A stretch of 64,000 nucleotides of DNA, from positions 1 through 64,000 of the forward strand of contig KZ538289.1 of NCBI GenBank assembly GCA_000934665.2, written 5' to 3'. The notes under the pieces were generated by a model. It saw only the letters and a list, made by a program, of their open reading frames with translations. It searched no databases and was not told where the DNA came from. The translations under genes and the position numbers were made by a program. How positions within the stretch are numbered: position 1 is the stretch's first letter; every line of letters begins with the position of its first letter. This document shows, in pieces, positions 24,642 to 36,530 of this stretch. The stretch is from Catajapyx aquilonaris. Lineage: Eukaryota.

Positions 24642-24681
<40 letters not shown>
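24642..24681. repeat. (GA)n microsatellite
   Basis: Direct reading. Confidence 0.95.
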
Positions 24682-24686
<5 letters not shown>

Positions 24687-26193
24687 CTGGAGTAGTAGTA
24701 GGGATGGTGTAAGCCTGGCTGCCAATTGAAGCAAGTATTGCGAAGAATGGTTCTGTCCGATTTTCAGGGCGTCGATATTGCTACATTCCTACTCGCTTCC
24801 TATGTAGGATGTAGGTTTAGAGAAGGAAAAATTGGGAGAAAAAAGACCAAATGTGATGGTTGCATAGAATTTTTTACGCAGAGTTGGGACGTTTGCAATG
24901 GGAGAAAACCAAGTGAAACAACAAAAGTGGGAAAATAAGACACGTATGTTGACAATATCGGAATATGTTCAATAAACTACAAATTTTAAGAAGTGAATAC
25001 AAAATATTGGTGCCAGCAAAAAAAATCCTTTATGAATTTAAAAATCATTGATTCTGGCACAAAAATGTAGTTTGGTGTGAGACCCCATATTTTTGTTGCT
25101 GGATGGGGAGAATGCTTGTGGTACTAACAAAAAACCATATTATTGGAAAAATTTTAGGATCCGCCACAAAACCTTGTGGGTTTGCATACACAAATAATAT
25201 GTGGTACCACCATAGCAGGAAATGAAATGATTGACATTAAGGGACACATTTTTTCGGTTAGTCGACATGGCAATATGATGATATTAAATGGTCGCATAAA
25301 TGGTAGGTGTTGCCTTGGGTGTTGCTTCGTCTACATCTTGTTAGTGATCAAGCCTATGAAGTTTGTTATAGGTGTCGGACATGTTGGCCTTTGACCAATT
25401 GCATCAGTTTCAATGATTTATTCTCCAAACTTTTAACTAACCATGAAGCTAACGACAGTTTAATCAACGCATTAGTGTAAATCTCTGCTTATTTGTTCCC
25501 CTTTGTTCTTGGTCACCAACCCGCGATTAATAGTGTTCCAGGCGCCTACTAACCGCTGTTTCTTTAGCCTTCTTGCCCGTTGCATCATTGGCTCTTGACC
25601 ACCAAACCCTGGCAGCAGCCAAGTACTACCTCCCTCTCTCTCTCTCTCTCTGGCCCTGGAAACAACGACCCTCTAAGCACCCCACTTGGAATTGGCCAAC
25701 AGTGGATTCACCCTATTCTGCCAGCCGGTTAGGACCCTGCTATTGACCACTTCTCTCAATAATAGCCCTCTTGTTCATTACCCCAAATGGATGGGCCAAC
25801 TTGTCGGGCAAACTAATGGTAGGAAGGCCGCTAATTACATAGCTAGTTGGGGAGCTGGGAAAGTGGCGAAGGCGCGCACCGGCTACTCATAAACGGCCTC
25901 TGCTAACCGCCGAATTCTTCCCTGACGGCGTGTAGATGGAGCTCCAGGCACTCCGCCCAGGACCGGCCTCCTTGTCCAATCAAAAGCCACTCTAAATGAG
26001 TCACGGCGGCCTGCCAACCCCACCCCGTGCACTGCCCCTACGTGCATTTTGTCAGCGCAAAATCATTAGGGTAATGGGGGAGCCTTGTTGTATGTTGTTC
26101 CAGATCATACCATGTACCGGTTACATGAAGCGACCTTGTTTTGTTCACACACACATATGGTACATTTGACTTCGACATATTCACTACCGATTC

Positions 26194-26280
26194 CCTTGAC
26201 GGGGCTTGTGTTTCTCGCGTGAGCACAAAAAGCTATGCAGGTGGTAGCGTCGTCTACTGGTAGGGTCTCCCAAGCCACGT
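26194..26280 (+). mobile_element. RTE-clade LINE 5'UTR-like fragment, copy 1
   Basis: ccttgacggggcttgtgtttctc...agctatgcaggtggtagcgtcgtctactggtagggtctcccaag resembles, from memory, the Expander/Rex3-type RTE 5'UTR. Paralog at 26988. Confidence 0.55.
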
Positions 26281-26399
26281 CTTTGGGGTAGGAGACAGGC
26301 AAGTCTTTCCTCTCTTCTTTCTCTTCGTTTACCTCTCCATCTGGGAAGGATTTTCATATCAGCTGACCGAATTTGGCAGGGGTAGGGGTACGTTCTACC

Positions 26400-26980
26400 A
26401 ACATAACCCATGACCTAACTTTCCTTCCTGGCGAACACATACCTATCCTTCACGCTTCACCGAAGCAGTAGTGGTGGAGTGGATATGGTGTCCGAATGCT
26501 AATCGGGAGGTCCTGGGTTCGAGTCCCGGAGGCCGGCGATCCTGACATTGGTTTTCTGTGGTTTCCCACGGTCCCCCCAGGAGAATTCCGGGATTTCTTC
26601 CTAAATAATAGGCCACAGCCGCTTCCTTCCTTTCCTATCCTTGTCCCATCCATGAGGACGTGCGGTGTCGGTGGGGCATTTCTGACCCTCATCTAGGGGG
26701 TCATCTTGGCGAACGGACCCCCTGAGGGACTGCACACGACCCCCCAACTTGAGACATTGCACATGCACCAGTGTCCCTCCCTCATTATCCATATCCTGTC
26801 CCCTGCACCTGATGGTGGTATTCCACTCCCCTAAGAGGACCTATGGCCCTAGCACGGGGTACCAAAAAACATACCTATCATTCAGCGGATACACCCCTAC
26901 ATTCAGCGGATACACCCCTATCTTTCAGCAGACACCACCTTAGGTAAAAGTGCAGCGTCTTCCGATACGAAAGCGTAGCC
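26400..26980 (+). repeat. Dispersed repeat family F with ~21-bp tandem units, interrupted by a SINE
   Basis: cagcggatacacccctac units ending in aggtaaaagtgc...ccgatacgaaagcgtagcc. Uninterrupted copy at 28571-28727. Confidence 0.75.
26460..26868 (+). mobile_element. tRNA-derived SINE, family 1, long variant
   Basis: Same head (B box ggttcgagtccc) and body, a longer unrelated middle segment (~170 bp), tail ggccctagcacggggtacc plus A run. ~16-bp TSD acatacctatcMttca (26437-26452 / 26869-26884). Confidence 0.9.
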
Positions 26981-26987
26981 GGTATCT

Positions 26988-27085
26988 CCACCTTGACGTG
27001 GTGGGGACGGGCTTGTGTTTCTCCCGAGACCCTAAAGAGCTATTCCGGTGGTAGCTTCGTCTCCTGACAGGGCTCCCCAACCTTC
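26988..27085 (+). mobile_element. RTE-clade LINE 5'UTR-like fragment, copy 2
   Basis: ccaccttgacgtggtggggacgggcttgtgtttctcccgagaccctaaagagctat...ctcctgacagggctccccaa. Confidence 0.55.
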
Positions 27086-28275
27086 GTGTCTTCTTATAGC
27101 CCGATAGCCAGCTTCTTTGGCTTCTTCTTGTCGAACCAAAACTTCGACGTTGCTTGTTACCTGCTTTCTAGTATCCTGGTACAGGGGCAGATTCTTCCCA
27201 ATTACGATACATCGGGTGCCAGACAAAAGTCCCCCCTTTTTTTCCATCCTAGGATGATGTAGACTTAGTGCCTGGATGAAAAGGTTCGGTTCCCTGGGAA
27301 TCAGGTCTCCTTGCTCTCGCCCGTTGCCGAGCTTCATGGGGCATGAAGAGGGCTCGGCCAGGTCAGGCCGTGCCCATTTGCAACTAAATACGGGCATTAG
27401 GACGCTGCAATCCGCCGCGCCTTCATATGGGGAGCAGCCTCGGCATGAAATTGACGCCAGGCCCATAACCTCTGCTAAGTGGATTTTTTTCTGTTCCTCC
27501 AAACACCCCCCCTTCCCTATCCCAGGGAGGAGCCATGTCGTTGTCTTGTAGCCACGCGTCATAATGGGGGAATGGTGGCTCGTGGATTGGAGAAGGATCC
27601 CATATAAAAGCGGGGCACCAAGCAGGAAGAAGGCGGAAGGCGGGGAATTATTGTTGGTGTGGAACCCAAATTTGTTGAGCGGCAAGGCGACGGGATTGGC
27701 GGTGGGGGGATCAAGCATAGTCTTGTGCCGAAAAAATTGAGGGGGAGAAGGGAAAAAAAAACAACAGGAAGGGTCTATTTCGATTTCATCAAGACCGTAT
27801 GATGCGCTTGGGAAGATGGAGGCACAGGTGGAGGAAGAGATTTTTGTGGCCCCCTTGGCGGAAAGAAAATGAAAATCAGGCCTGTGCGCCATGGCGACAT
27901 CATTATCTTCATGGCCTCTACATCCTCATACGAATTTATTACGGGTCGTCTAATTATGCCCCGGCTATTTGTATCAAACTACACCGCCGTCTCGGGAGCG
28001 TCTGTAGAGCACGTGACTAACTATAATGACTCAATATAACTCACTTTGTAATTGCAATGTACAGCGACGTGTAATATGGCGATGGCAGAACCTCCTTTTA
28101 GCTATAGGATGGGATAGAAAATATTGCAATTATTTTGCCATAATTGGGACCCTGCAGTAAATGTCTAATGGAAGGGTTTGGCTGATGGGGGAGTTTTAAA
28201 GAATGTGTCCAGTATGTGTTTATGCAAAATTATTTGGAAGGACTTTCGTAATGGGAGATCGAAAGTAGGGCCAAA

Positions 28276-28565
28276 CGAGACTGTAAAGTGTAGGCTACAC
28301 TGGAGTACCAAATTCAAGGAGTACCTGGGAGTGCCTGGGAGCACCTGGGAGAACCTAGGAGAACCTGGGAGAACCTGGGAGAACCTGCGAATACAAAGGA
28401 GTACCTGCTGGGAATACCAAGGAGTGCCTGCTGGGAATACCAAGGAGTGCCTGCTGGGAATACCAAGGAGTACCTGCTGGGAATACCAATAAGGAGTGCC
28501 TGGGAGTACCAAAGAGTACCACTGCATGTGTACACTGTGGTACAGCCAAAGTGGGTAACCCCTTG
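28276..28565. mobile_element. P-like MITE lacking the left TIR, with internal minisatellite expansion
   Basis: Family body cactggagtaccaaattcaaggagtacc; right TIR gtgggtaaccccttg; possible TSD gggccaaa / gggccaac; 10-bp and 23-bp internal tandem units. Confidence 0.8.
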
Positions 28566-28570
28566 GGGCC

Positions 28571-28727
28571 AACCTACTCCATGAGCGAACATTCCTTCCC
28601 GACGGATACACGCCTATCCTTCAGCGGATACACTCCTACCCTCAGCGGATACACCCCTACTCTTCAGCGGATACACGCCTAGGAAAGTAGGTAAAAGTGC
28701 GAGATCTCCCGATACGAAAGCGTAGCC
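28571..28727 (+). repeat. Dispersed repeat family F, copy 2
   Basis: Four (cag)cggatacac units followed by aggtaaaagtgc...ccgatacgaaagcgtagcc. Confidence 0.75.
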
Positions 28728-29186
28728 AATTACTTTTTTAAGAACAAAAATTGGCATGTATTTCACAAATCCTCAGCAAATGTTTTTGCCAGTACGTATA
28801 TCCACTGGTACCAACCAGAGTGAAAGAAAAAGGGCAACAGTTAAGCCCTTCAGGTGATCCGAACAAGACCGTCGGTAAGCCTTAATTCTATTCGATTCAC
28901 ACGAGGATGGGGAATCCGCGGGAATCCGGCTCCCGCACCTTTTAATTTTTTAATGTGGGAACCTTAACCCCCTGGCCACACTTTTTGGTCACTCTAGTTA
29001 CTTTCATTTTTGCACCGAAAGAGGGAGGATAGCTTGAAGCTAACATAATATGGTTCCCGGGAACCGCAAGAACATTAAATTTGCAAAAAAAACTGGAATA
29101 GCATCATCGCTGTCATCTCTACTCATTGCAATTTTATCAAACATTTTCTAAAAATTAACTAATAAGCTTGATTTTTTTTAAAAATA

Positions 29187-29564
29187 CACTCTAAAATGTT
29201 CTAGTCTTTTCCACTCGTTTTGAGTGATTTTTGACTCTTTGGCCTACTTGATTTGACTCTCACTCTTTTTGAGTGACAATCAGTCGATTACTTGAGTCAA
29301 AAAATTTCACTTTAATTTAGCGATTTTTTCACTCAATTTGAGTGAGGTTTCCACTCACTTTTAGGAAAAAAACACTCAGATTCGAGCGAAATTGGTTTCA
29401 CTCAATGAAAGAGTAGTTTCCCAGTCATTTCCACTCTTCTTTTGAGTAATTGTCCACTCGATTAGAGTTAAAGTAAATATTTTTGGAGTGTTTATTCCAA
29501 AATAGCATTTTGTGAAGTTGCTCAATTTTTGAGCTAAATTTTCACTCGATTATTTTAGATAGTA
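29187..29564. mobile_element. CACT-ended MITE with CACTC/GAGTG subterminal repeats (CMC/CACTA-like)
   Basis: Starts cactctaaaa; dense tttcactc / gagtga motifs in both orientations; decayed right end ttttagatagta. Confidence 0.6.
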
Positions 29565-29711
29565 TAGGCTTGGGTATATTTTTGGTTTTTCTTAAAAGGT
29601 GGCTTGTTCTTTCCCAAAAAATAGGCTATAACAAATTGCTCTCAGAAAGTTCAAGTCCGGAAGAGACTTTACCATGCAGCCACCCTTTTCTCTCTGCTTC
29701 CTCTCCCTGGC

Positions 29712-29714
<3 letters not shown>

Positions 29715-29784
<70 letters not shown>
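29715..29784. repeat. (TC)n microsatellite
   Basis: Direct reading. Confidence 0.97.
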
Positions 29785-29789
<5 letters not shown>

Positions 29790-30570
29790 GGTGCCAGGGC
29801 GACCATCCTTCTCTGTCACTTCGCATATCGTCTCAATATGACACCTTTCCCTATTTAATTAACTCGCCACACTTGGGCTCTAACATCTGCTTCCAGCGGG
29901 AAAGGCCAGGCTCGATCAATATAAGGGACGCTGCCTGGCGGTTTTCACTGGCCTAATGAACAGCGGCAAAGAGACTCGCGAGCCAGGCCCAGACCATAGC
30001 CTTATTGGACCAACTATAAGCAACTTGCTAGCAAAGATGCTACAGGCATAGAAAATGGCGATTAACTGGATGGCGTCTCACCAGATGGCATGTTGCTTAG
30101 CTGTGATTGACTGTTGAAGGTGTTGGCGTCTCACCAGTTGGCGCTGTTGTCTTTTTTGGAACTAACACCCTTCGTATGTATGTACGAGCAAATATACATG
30201 CAGAGCATTAAATATGTCGCTCTCCAGGCACAACATGCATTGTTTATTGTTGTTGTTTGTACTTTCAGCAATTGTTTACGTGTGTGAATATGCGGTGGAC
30301 CGAGTCACTAATCCACCGCGTCATTGAACGGTATCGATCTAGCATCGACTGGCGGCTCTAACTAATACACGCCTGCCTGCATAACTCACTACACCCCTAG
30401 CACTCCTGCTTTCCACGCAAAATTCCACCCCTTCCCCCAGATTTCTATTGGCGCTATAGTCGTTAGGTATAATATTGCAGAAAAACGCACAACATAAAAC
30501 CCTGTACAATAGGTCCCATGCTTTGACCTATACTTGGGAATTTGTTATCACTATGGCAACTTATGCAATT

Positions 30571-30610
30571 TGTCACGTCCCTGGACGTGACATTGGCGCC
30601 CAACGTGGGG
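30571..30610 (+). mobile_element. LTR-retroelement remnant: 22-bp TG...CA palindrome plus tRNA-Lys primer-binding site
   Basis: tgtcacgtcc-ct-ggacgtgaca, one base, then tggcgcccaacgtgggg, the complement of the 3' end (including CCA) of tRNA-Lys(CTT). Confidence 0.75.
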
Positions 30611-31537
30611 GGACTGAAAAAATTCTGAAATATATTTTTAAATAATTTTGAACAGAATTTCCAATGCTCCCCAGTTCAAAACTTGATAAAATTATGATGA
30701 CTTTACAAATAAGATATAAATTCGGGAACAAAAGTGGAGTGGCAGTAGTTTCTGGCCAAGAGGATTTAGGCATGTGGATGGTGCAGGTAGCCTGGAAAAT
30801 CCTCCTTGGGAAAGCAGGAGGACCGCGCAAAGGGATTAGGGTCGGGAGGGTCTGCCTGAAAAATTGATGGACCCAGCACCATACAGCACGTATCTCTTAC
30901 CTAAAGAAAGAAGAGTGTTCCTCTTTTTTTTTTCTTTTTCGAATAGATTGATGACCTCTCGCTTTTTGGTCACGATACTTTTGTGTAGTTCAAATGTATA
31001 GCCATTTTTTTCTCTAAGACATTCAAAAAGGATTTTTTAATACATGTACAGCTTTGAAGCAGAATTTCATTTTTACGAATCGTATATTGTTTCTGATATG
31101 ACGTGTCGCGTCCTCGACACAAAGAAATTATACGCAACAGAAGTTCATATGCATTCTTGAAAAATGCCAATTAAGCAACAATCTAACAATGTAGCACCCT
31201 TTTTTCCCATTTTGCTCGTTTCATGAAAATGCGCAATTTTGATGCGTGTCGCTGTTTAATGTATGGCAACTTATTTAGAGGCGAAACGCAATGTATTTAG
31301 TGTATTACTGCCTAAGTGCTGGTGACCCCAATGTGGCAGCGCACTGCGATCATGAAATTTGCAAAATTGAGAACAATATCCCCATGCATTAGCTCATTGC
31401 GGCCACCTTTGGTTGGCTCTTTTCCACCGTATAAAATATGTTCATTTTATTTTTGTGACCAGTGGTTAATTCAAAAGTCATTGAATATTTTACAGGATTC
31501 CCGCATTTTTAAGCCCACGCTTTACCCCCCCCCCCCC

Positions 31538-31755
31538 NNNNNNNNNNNNNNNNNNNNNNNNNNNNNNNNNNNNNNNNNNNNNNNNNNNNNNNNNNNNNNN
31601 NNNNNNNNNNNNNNNNNNNNNNNNNNNNNNNNNNNNNNNNNNNNNNNNNNNNNNNNNNNNNNNNNNNNNNNNNNNNNNNNNNNNNNNNNNNNNNNNNNNN
31701 NNNNNNNNNNNNNNNNNNNNNNNNNNNNNNNNNNNNNNNNNNNNNNNNNNNNNNN
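31538..31755. other. Assembly gap
   Basis: N run after a poly-C tract. Smaller gaps at 49776-49789, 59561-59565, 259 and 12556 are all next to poly-G/C tracts. Confidence 0.99.
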
Positions 31756-33049
31756 TGAGGCGAATGACGTGGTGTGGCTTGGGTGCTGTGCGGGATGTGG
31801 TAGGCCAAAGATGGCGTTGGCGGGTGTGCTGGCGGGTAGTGCGGGTCTAGGAGAGAGGAGAGGGGGGGGGTAGAGATGTAAAGGGAGAGGAGGGGTGTGC
31901 AGAGGAGAGCTCCGGGTTAATCTGCGTTGGTTGCCGGGAGGCGTTGAAAAGCGATCGTGTAACACCGAAAAAGGGCTCACTTTATCCGACGTCGGGAGCT
32001 AATAACGTTTTACGGCTGCCGGCGTTTGCCAGGGGGATCGTACCGATCGAGTTGCCCGAGAAACCTTTGGTGGAAAGCCCGCCTGGTATCGAGGGCCGAA
32101 TTCAAATTAAAAAAGAGAGTATAGGGAGGGTAAGGAGTTTGGTACCATAGCGGTGGCCTCCTTATGGTATTAAAGTTGGCCCGGATGCTACCAAGTAGTT
32201 GCGTCGTGCGACATCCTCAGCATATCCACTTATCCAGTGAAGATTCAGTGAATATCCATAGTATGTCGCAGGAGTTGCATATGATTTGTGGCACCTTGTG
32301 GCAAGTGCGTCGTTGTCGGTGGCGGTGGGGGTTCGGATGGGTGGGAGTAAAAGGGCATCATCTACCGCCTCCGACCAATTCGGGCGTCGGAGGGGTTCTT
32401 GTGTCAGCCAAATTTCATTCTCCTGTCCAGCTGGGGCCCCTGCTGCTATGGTCCCCACGGTCCCCCAGGGCTCTGCTCTTCCCCCCCACGTCCCTGCCTC
32501 TACCCGCCCCTTCATCCCCATTCTCTCCTGCAGCCCCTCTTCTCCCAAGGATTAGCGCGGTGATCAATGCGGGGGAGGCAGCTAGAGAAGACTGCATGGA
32601 CCCTTCCGACGCTGCAGCTGCCCTTTGTCCTCCTCCTCCTCCTCCTCCTCTCCCCATTTCCCCAACCGCCCACCCTCTCTTCCCCACCGCCACCCAGCCC
32701 ATGGTCGTGTGGCCGCCCACTGGAAGGAAGGAGACGCCCAGAGCAGATTGGAATTTCTCCATAGCCAAAGTGCACCGTCATGCTCCATGGTTCGGACAGA
32801 TATGTCAAGTGGTTGTGATCAGCAGGATGGGATAGGGAGGAGACCCTGCTCATCACAAGGAAACTGCCCAGTTTCATATGGACATGTCTCAGGAAGAAAG
32901 AAAAAAAAACGTCGCCAATTGTACGATACAATTTATTTCATGTTATATTGTACAAGCATTGTGTATTTAGCAGTACATGTAAAAGGTGAATGATGTGCAG
33001 GCGTAAATAGGTGATAACGACTTATGCCAGGTGTTAATTTGAGAAAGGC

Positions 33050-33069
<20 letters not shown>

Positions 33070-33081
<12 letters not shown>

Positions 33082-33339
33082 TGTACTAGTATGTATATGT
33101 ATGTGTATATTTATTTATCTAAAAACTAGTATGTATGTATGTATTTATTTATGTACTAATATGTATGTATGTATTTATTTATGTACTAATATGTATGTAT
33201 GTATTTATTTATGTACTAATATGTATGTATGTATTTATTTATGTACTAATATGTATGTATGTATTTATTTATGTACTAATATGTATGTGTGTATTTATTT
33301 ATGTACTAATATGTATGTCTATATTTATTTGTGTATGTA
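33070..33339. repeat. 30-bp AT-rich minisatellite, ~9 copies
   Basis: atgtactaatatgtatgtatgtatttattt repeated. Confidence 0.93.
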
Positions 33340-33481
33340 CTATCGGTCCCAATTAGTTTCGGCCACTTTATCCTGGTCTTGAAGCAACCCTTCACACATA
33401 CACACTTCCTCACCGTGGGGCCTGTGCGAAGGGTTGCTTCAAGACCAGGCTAAAGTGGCCAAAACAATTTGAGCCCCATAG
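33340..33481. mobile_element. TA-flanked MITE, family D (142 bp, uninterrupted)
   Basis: ta|ctatcggtcccaattagtttcggccacttta...taaagtggccaaaacaatttgagccccatag|ta; ~55-bp TIRs. Confidence 0.88.
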
Positions 33482-34960
33482 TACATTTTTCTGTCATGTA
33501 TTTATGTACGTATGTGCAGTATAATACTGTACAATGTACATACATGCGGCACATACACAAATAAATACATAAATAAATAAATACCGCACATACATACATA
33601 AGTACAAGTATTTATTTATGTATGTATTGTATGTACAGTATTTATTTAGTCATTAATTCATTAGGTTAAAAGATTTTATTTTATTTGCTATATACATTTT
33701 ATATGTATTAAGTATACAATATTCACATATTTGTGTCTACTTATATGAATTACATTTCTTACGTACTAAAGGTGTGTAAATTTACATAAAATTGATTAGT
33801 AACTGTTAATTACACCTGCTCATTTTCATATCCTGCAATTTATTGTTAGGGCGACCATTTCTGCTAATTCATTTAGCTGAATTTTTATGAATATCTCAAC
33901 TCCATTGCCGTTTTGTTCAAATGTTCCACAATTGAGCCATTATGTTTTCTGTGTGTGCCGATGATATTCTTTTCTCCCCATGGCAAGCCCCCATTTAAAA
34001 ACCTTATTTACTGCGGCCCCTTTTGACCTGTCATGGTGTTTGCCAGGCTATTCCCTTAATCTTTTTTGAGGAGGGTGCGGGTGTGAGAATCCGTGGCTGA
34101 AGAATTCATCATTAATCAAGGCTGTCGACACGCTATGGCGTCCTGAAGTCATTAATTTAATATCACGAGTGTGCATGCAGCAGGCGAGTACTCCAGTTGT
34201 TATTCGCATGAATTTTCCAACCATCTCTTTGGTACATGGTGCCTGATTTAATGTGCCAGGTAAATAGACCGCTTAAAAAGTACGTGATGGCCAGGTTGGT
34301 GGATGTGGGTTTTTTCGCCCCCCTCCCCCCCCCCCCAAAAAAAAAGTGTGAGTCAAGCAAAGGGTGGGCTTGACATGGTTAGAGGGAGAGAGAGAGAGAC
34401 CGCTGGCCGATGGGCTTTTGCTGGCCACTCCAACATCCCATCCATGCTGGCCGAGGGGTGGTCGAGTCCCCGCTGCGGTCGGACTGGCTGCCCGCTTGAC
34501 TTGAGTGGCCTCTGCACCCCCCATCCAGCCGCCATTCCCACCACCCTGGCCTAATCAAGGTGTAGCCCCCTACCCACCCTTCAATTGTGTGTGTGTGTGT
34601 GTGTCTCGTGTCTATCCAACCCGCACACTTTCACGACCCGCGTTCACTGACCAGTCTTACTTCCACTTGACCTGAACGCGGAAACCCCGGGTGTTTACCA
34701 GGGTTCGACTCCTGGTGCCAATCGATGTTGGTGGAGGGTTGAGGACCAGGCTAACAGGCGATGACTGGCAGGATAGGGGGTGAATGGGCATGGATTTTTA
34801 AAAGGGGGGGGAGGGGGAATATATAGTAAAATTTTAAAGTGGAAAATGTGCATTTTTGGAATTTAATGCAGGAATTTTAATGTAAATGATTTATAACAAT
34901 GTTGTTTATTGGTGATATTTATGTGACAAAATTTCCACAAGGTAGGCAGTAGTGCTGTTT

Positions 34961-35197
34961 TTTATTATTTATTTTTATTATTTTATTTATTTATTTATTT
35001 TAATACCCCGTGATAGGGCGGAGCCCTCTTAGGAGGGAATGGGAGGTTCCCAAGGGAGGGCGCTGTAACTTTTAGTCATTTCTGACTGTGAAATACACCA
35101 GACCTTTTCTCCTGGCCCTGGGCAGAGTAGGGAGTGCAATTCTGCCCCGGGATGTCGGGTGAAATGCGGAAAAAGACACGGCTAAGCAGAGGTTGAA
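34961..35197 (-). mobile_element. SINE family 2, 5'-truncated
   Basis: The minus strand matches the body of 56588-56813 (tttcacccgacat...cagaattgcactccct.ctctgcccagggcca...ctcccttgggaacctccc). Tail agggctccgccctatcacggggtatt plus (TAAA)n. Perfect 14-bp TSD cagtagtgctgttt (34947-34960 / 35198-35211). Confidence 0.9.
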
Positions 35198-36530
35198 CAG
35201 TAGTGCTGTTTACGACGGATCTTTTAAATTAAGAAGTCATTTAAGTGCGCGTGATCTGTTACACTGCTTTAATTTTAAATGTAAATAGTACAGCAAGGAA
35301 AAATGCAAGTCGACTTCATAACTCAAAATTCGTACACTGATCATTTCGAAAAAAAAAGTTGTTCCCTTGCATTTTGCAGATTTTTTTAAAAATCAAGCCA
35401 GAACCAATATTTTGATCGAGTATTCATTTTGATACTGACTCATTGTGATTAAAGCTTTAATGCAGGTGCGCATCGTTTGCGAGGTGTTATACTACCAGTA
35501 CTGTCGTTATCGATTTATTTAATATTGAGCCCCCCCCCCACCCAACTCGGGGTGGGGGGGGGGGCTTCCAATGCAGCACTGTAGCCCCCTAAAATGGGTG
35601 TTTAAATAATTAACCAACATATAGCTGGAAAACTTGTTTCACTGCGCACATGTTCATTTTTCGTCTTATTATTAACTATGAAAATCGCAAATTTTGAATA
35701 CATACAGGGTGAGTCAAAAGTGTTTAATCCGGTTTATGTCACTGACATCAGGCTTCCCCACTGTAATCCCCCAGTGGGAAACGCATTTCGCAGAATGATC
35801 TTACATCAGACAGCTCCCCCTGAGACTAATCGGATCATTCTTCGTATTTGCTTTATACGACACGACCCCCCCCCCCCCCCCTAAAAAAAGAGAGAGAGGA
35901 CCAGGTCGGTGTCAGCCGGACAGAGCCATTAGGTATCTATAGGCAAGGAAAAAAACTGGTGGAGTTGTTTAATCCTCTACTTCCGTGAAATCCGAGAGAA
36001 TCGAGTCAGAGAGTGGATGCCGAGCGCGAGCTGTGCAAACATGTGGTCGCAAACCACTCCACGACTTTCTGCGGTCATCCCGCGCAAAGGTGACCGCATC
36101 AGATATGTCACAGCATCCAAACGGAAAGTCCATCCAAAGTACTACGAACTATATAAAAAGTTTTTAGTGTACAAAAACTTGGGCCAATTTAGAAGGCGAC
36201 TTGGAACCTAGCAACGAGTACCTTTTCACACGGGGACATGTAGGTAATCGCAAGGGACACAAGTGTCGTCCCTTAAGCAGCCGGGCTAATGCGCCTGGCG
36301 CACGGGGGCGGAAATCCCCCAGATTTGGCAGCGGTGCACCTTAATCCTACAGCGCACCAACTTTCCAGAGCACCAGACTCCGGAGCCTCCAACTCTCTCC
36401 ATTTACCTACCCACTTTCCTCATATCAAATCTATATTCCTCACTAGTAAGTCTGACATAGTACAGTCCTGGACATTAGTGGTGTCGTACTGGTGGCGCCA
36501 CGAGACGTGGTGGCAAAAGAACTAATAGAA

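Noticed and set aside
27032..27892. Longest ORF (286 aa, minus strand)
   Set aside because: No recognisable domain, composition typical of a chance ORF in GC-rich DNA, and it ends antisense within the RTE-UTR-like repeat.
31316..31980. ORFs spanning the N gap
   Set aside because: Their length is an artefact of unknown bases.
34697..34720. B-box-like accagggttcgactcctggtgcca
   Set aside because: Isolated T-arm-like hairpin with no A box or cloverleaf upstream.
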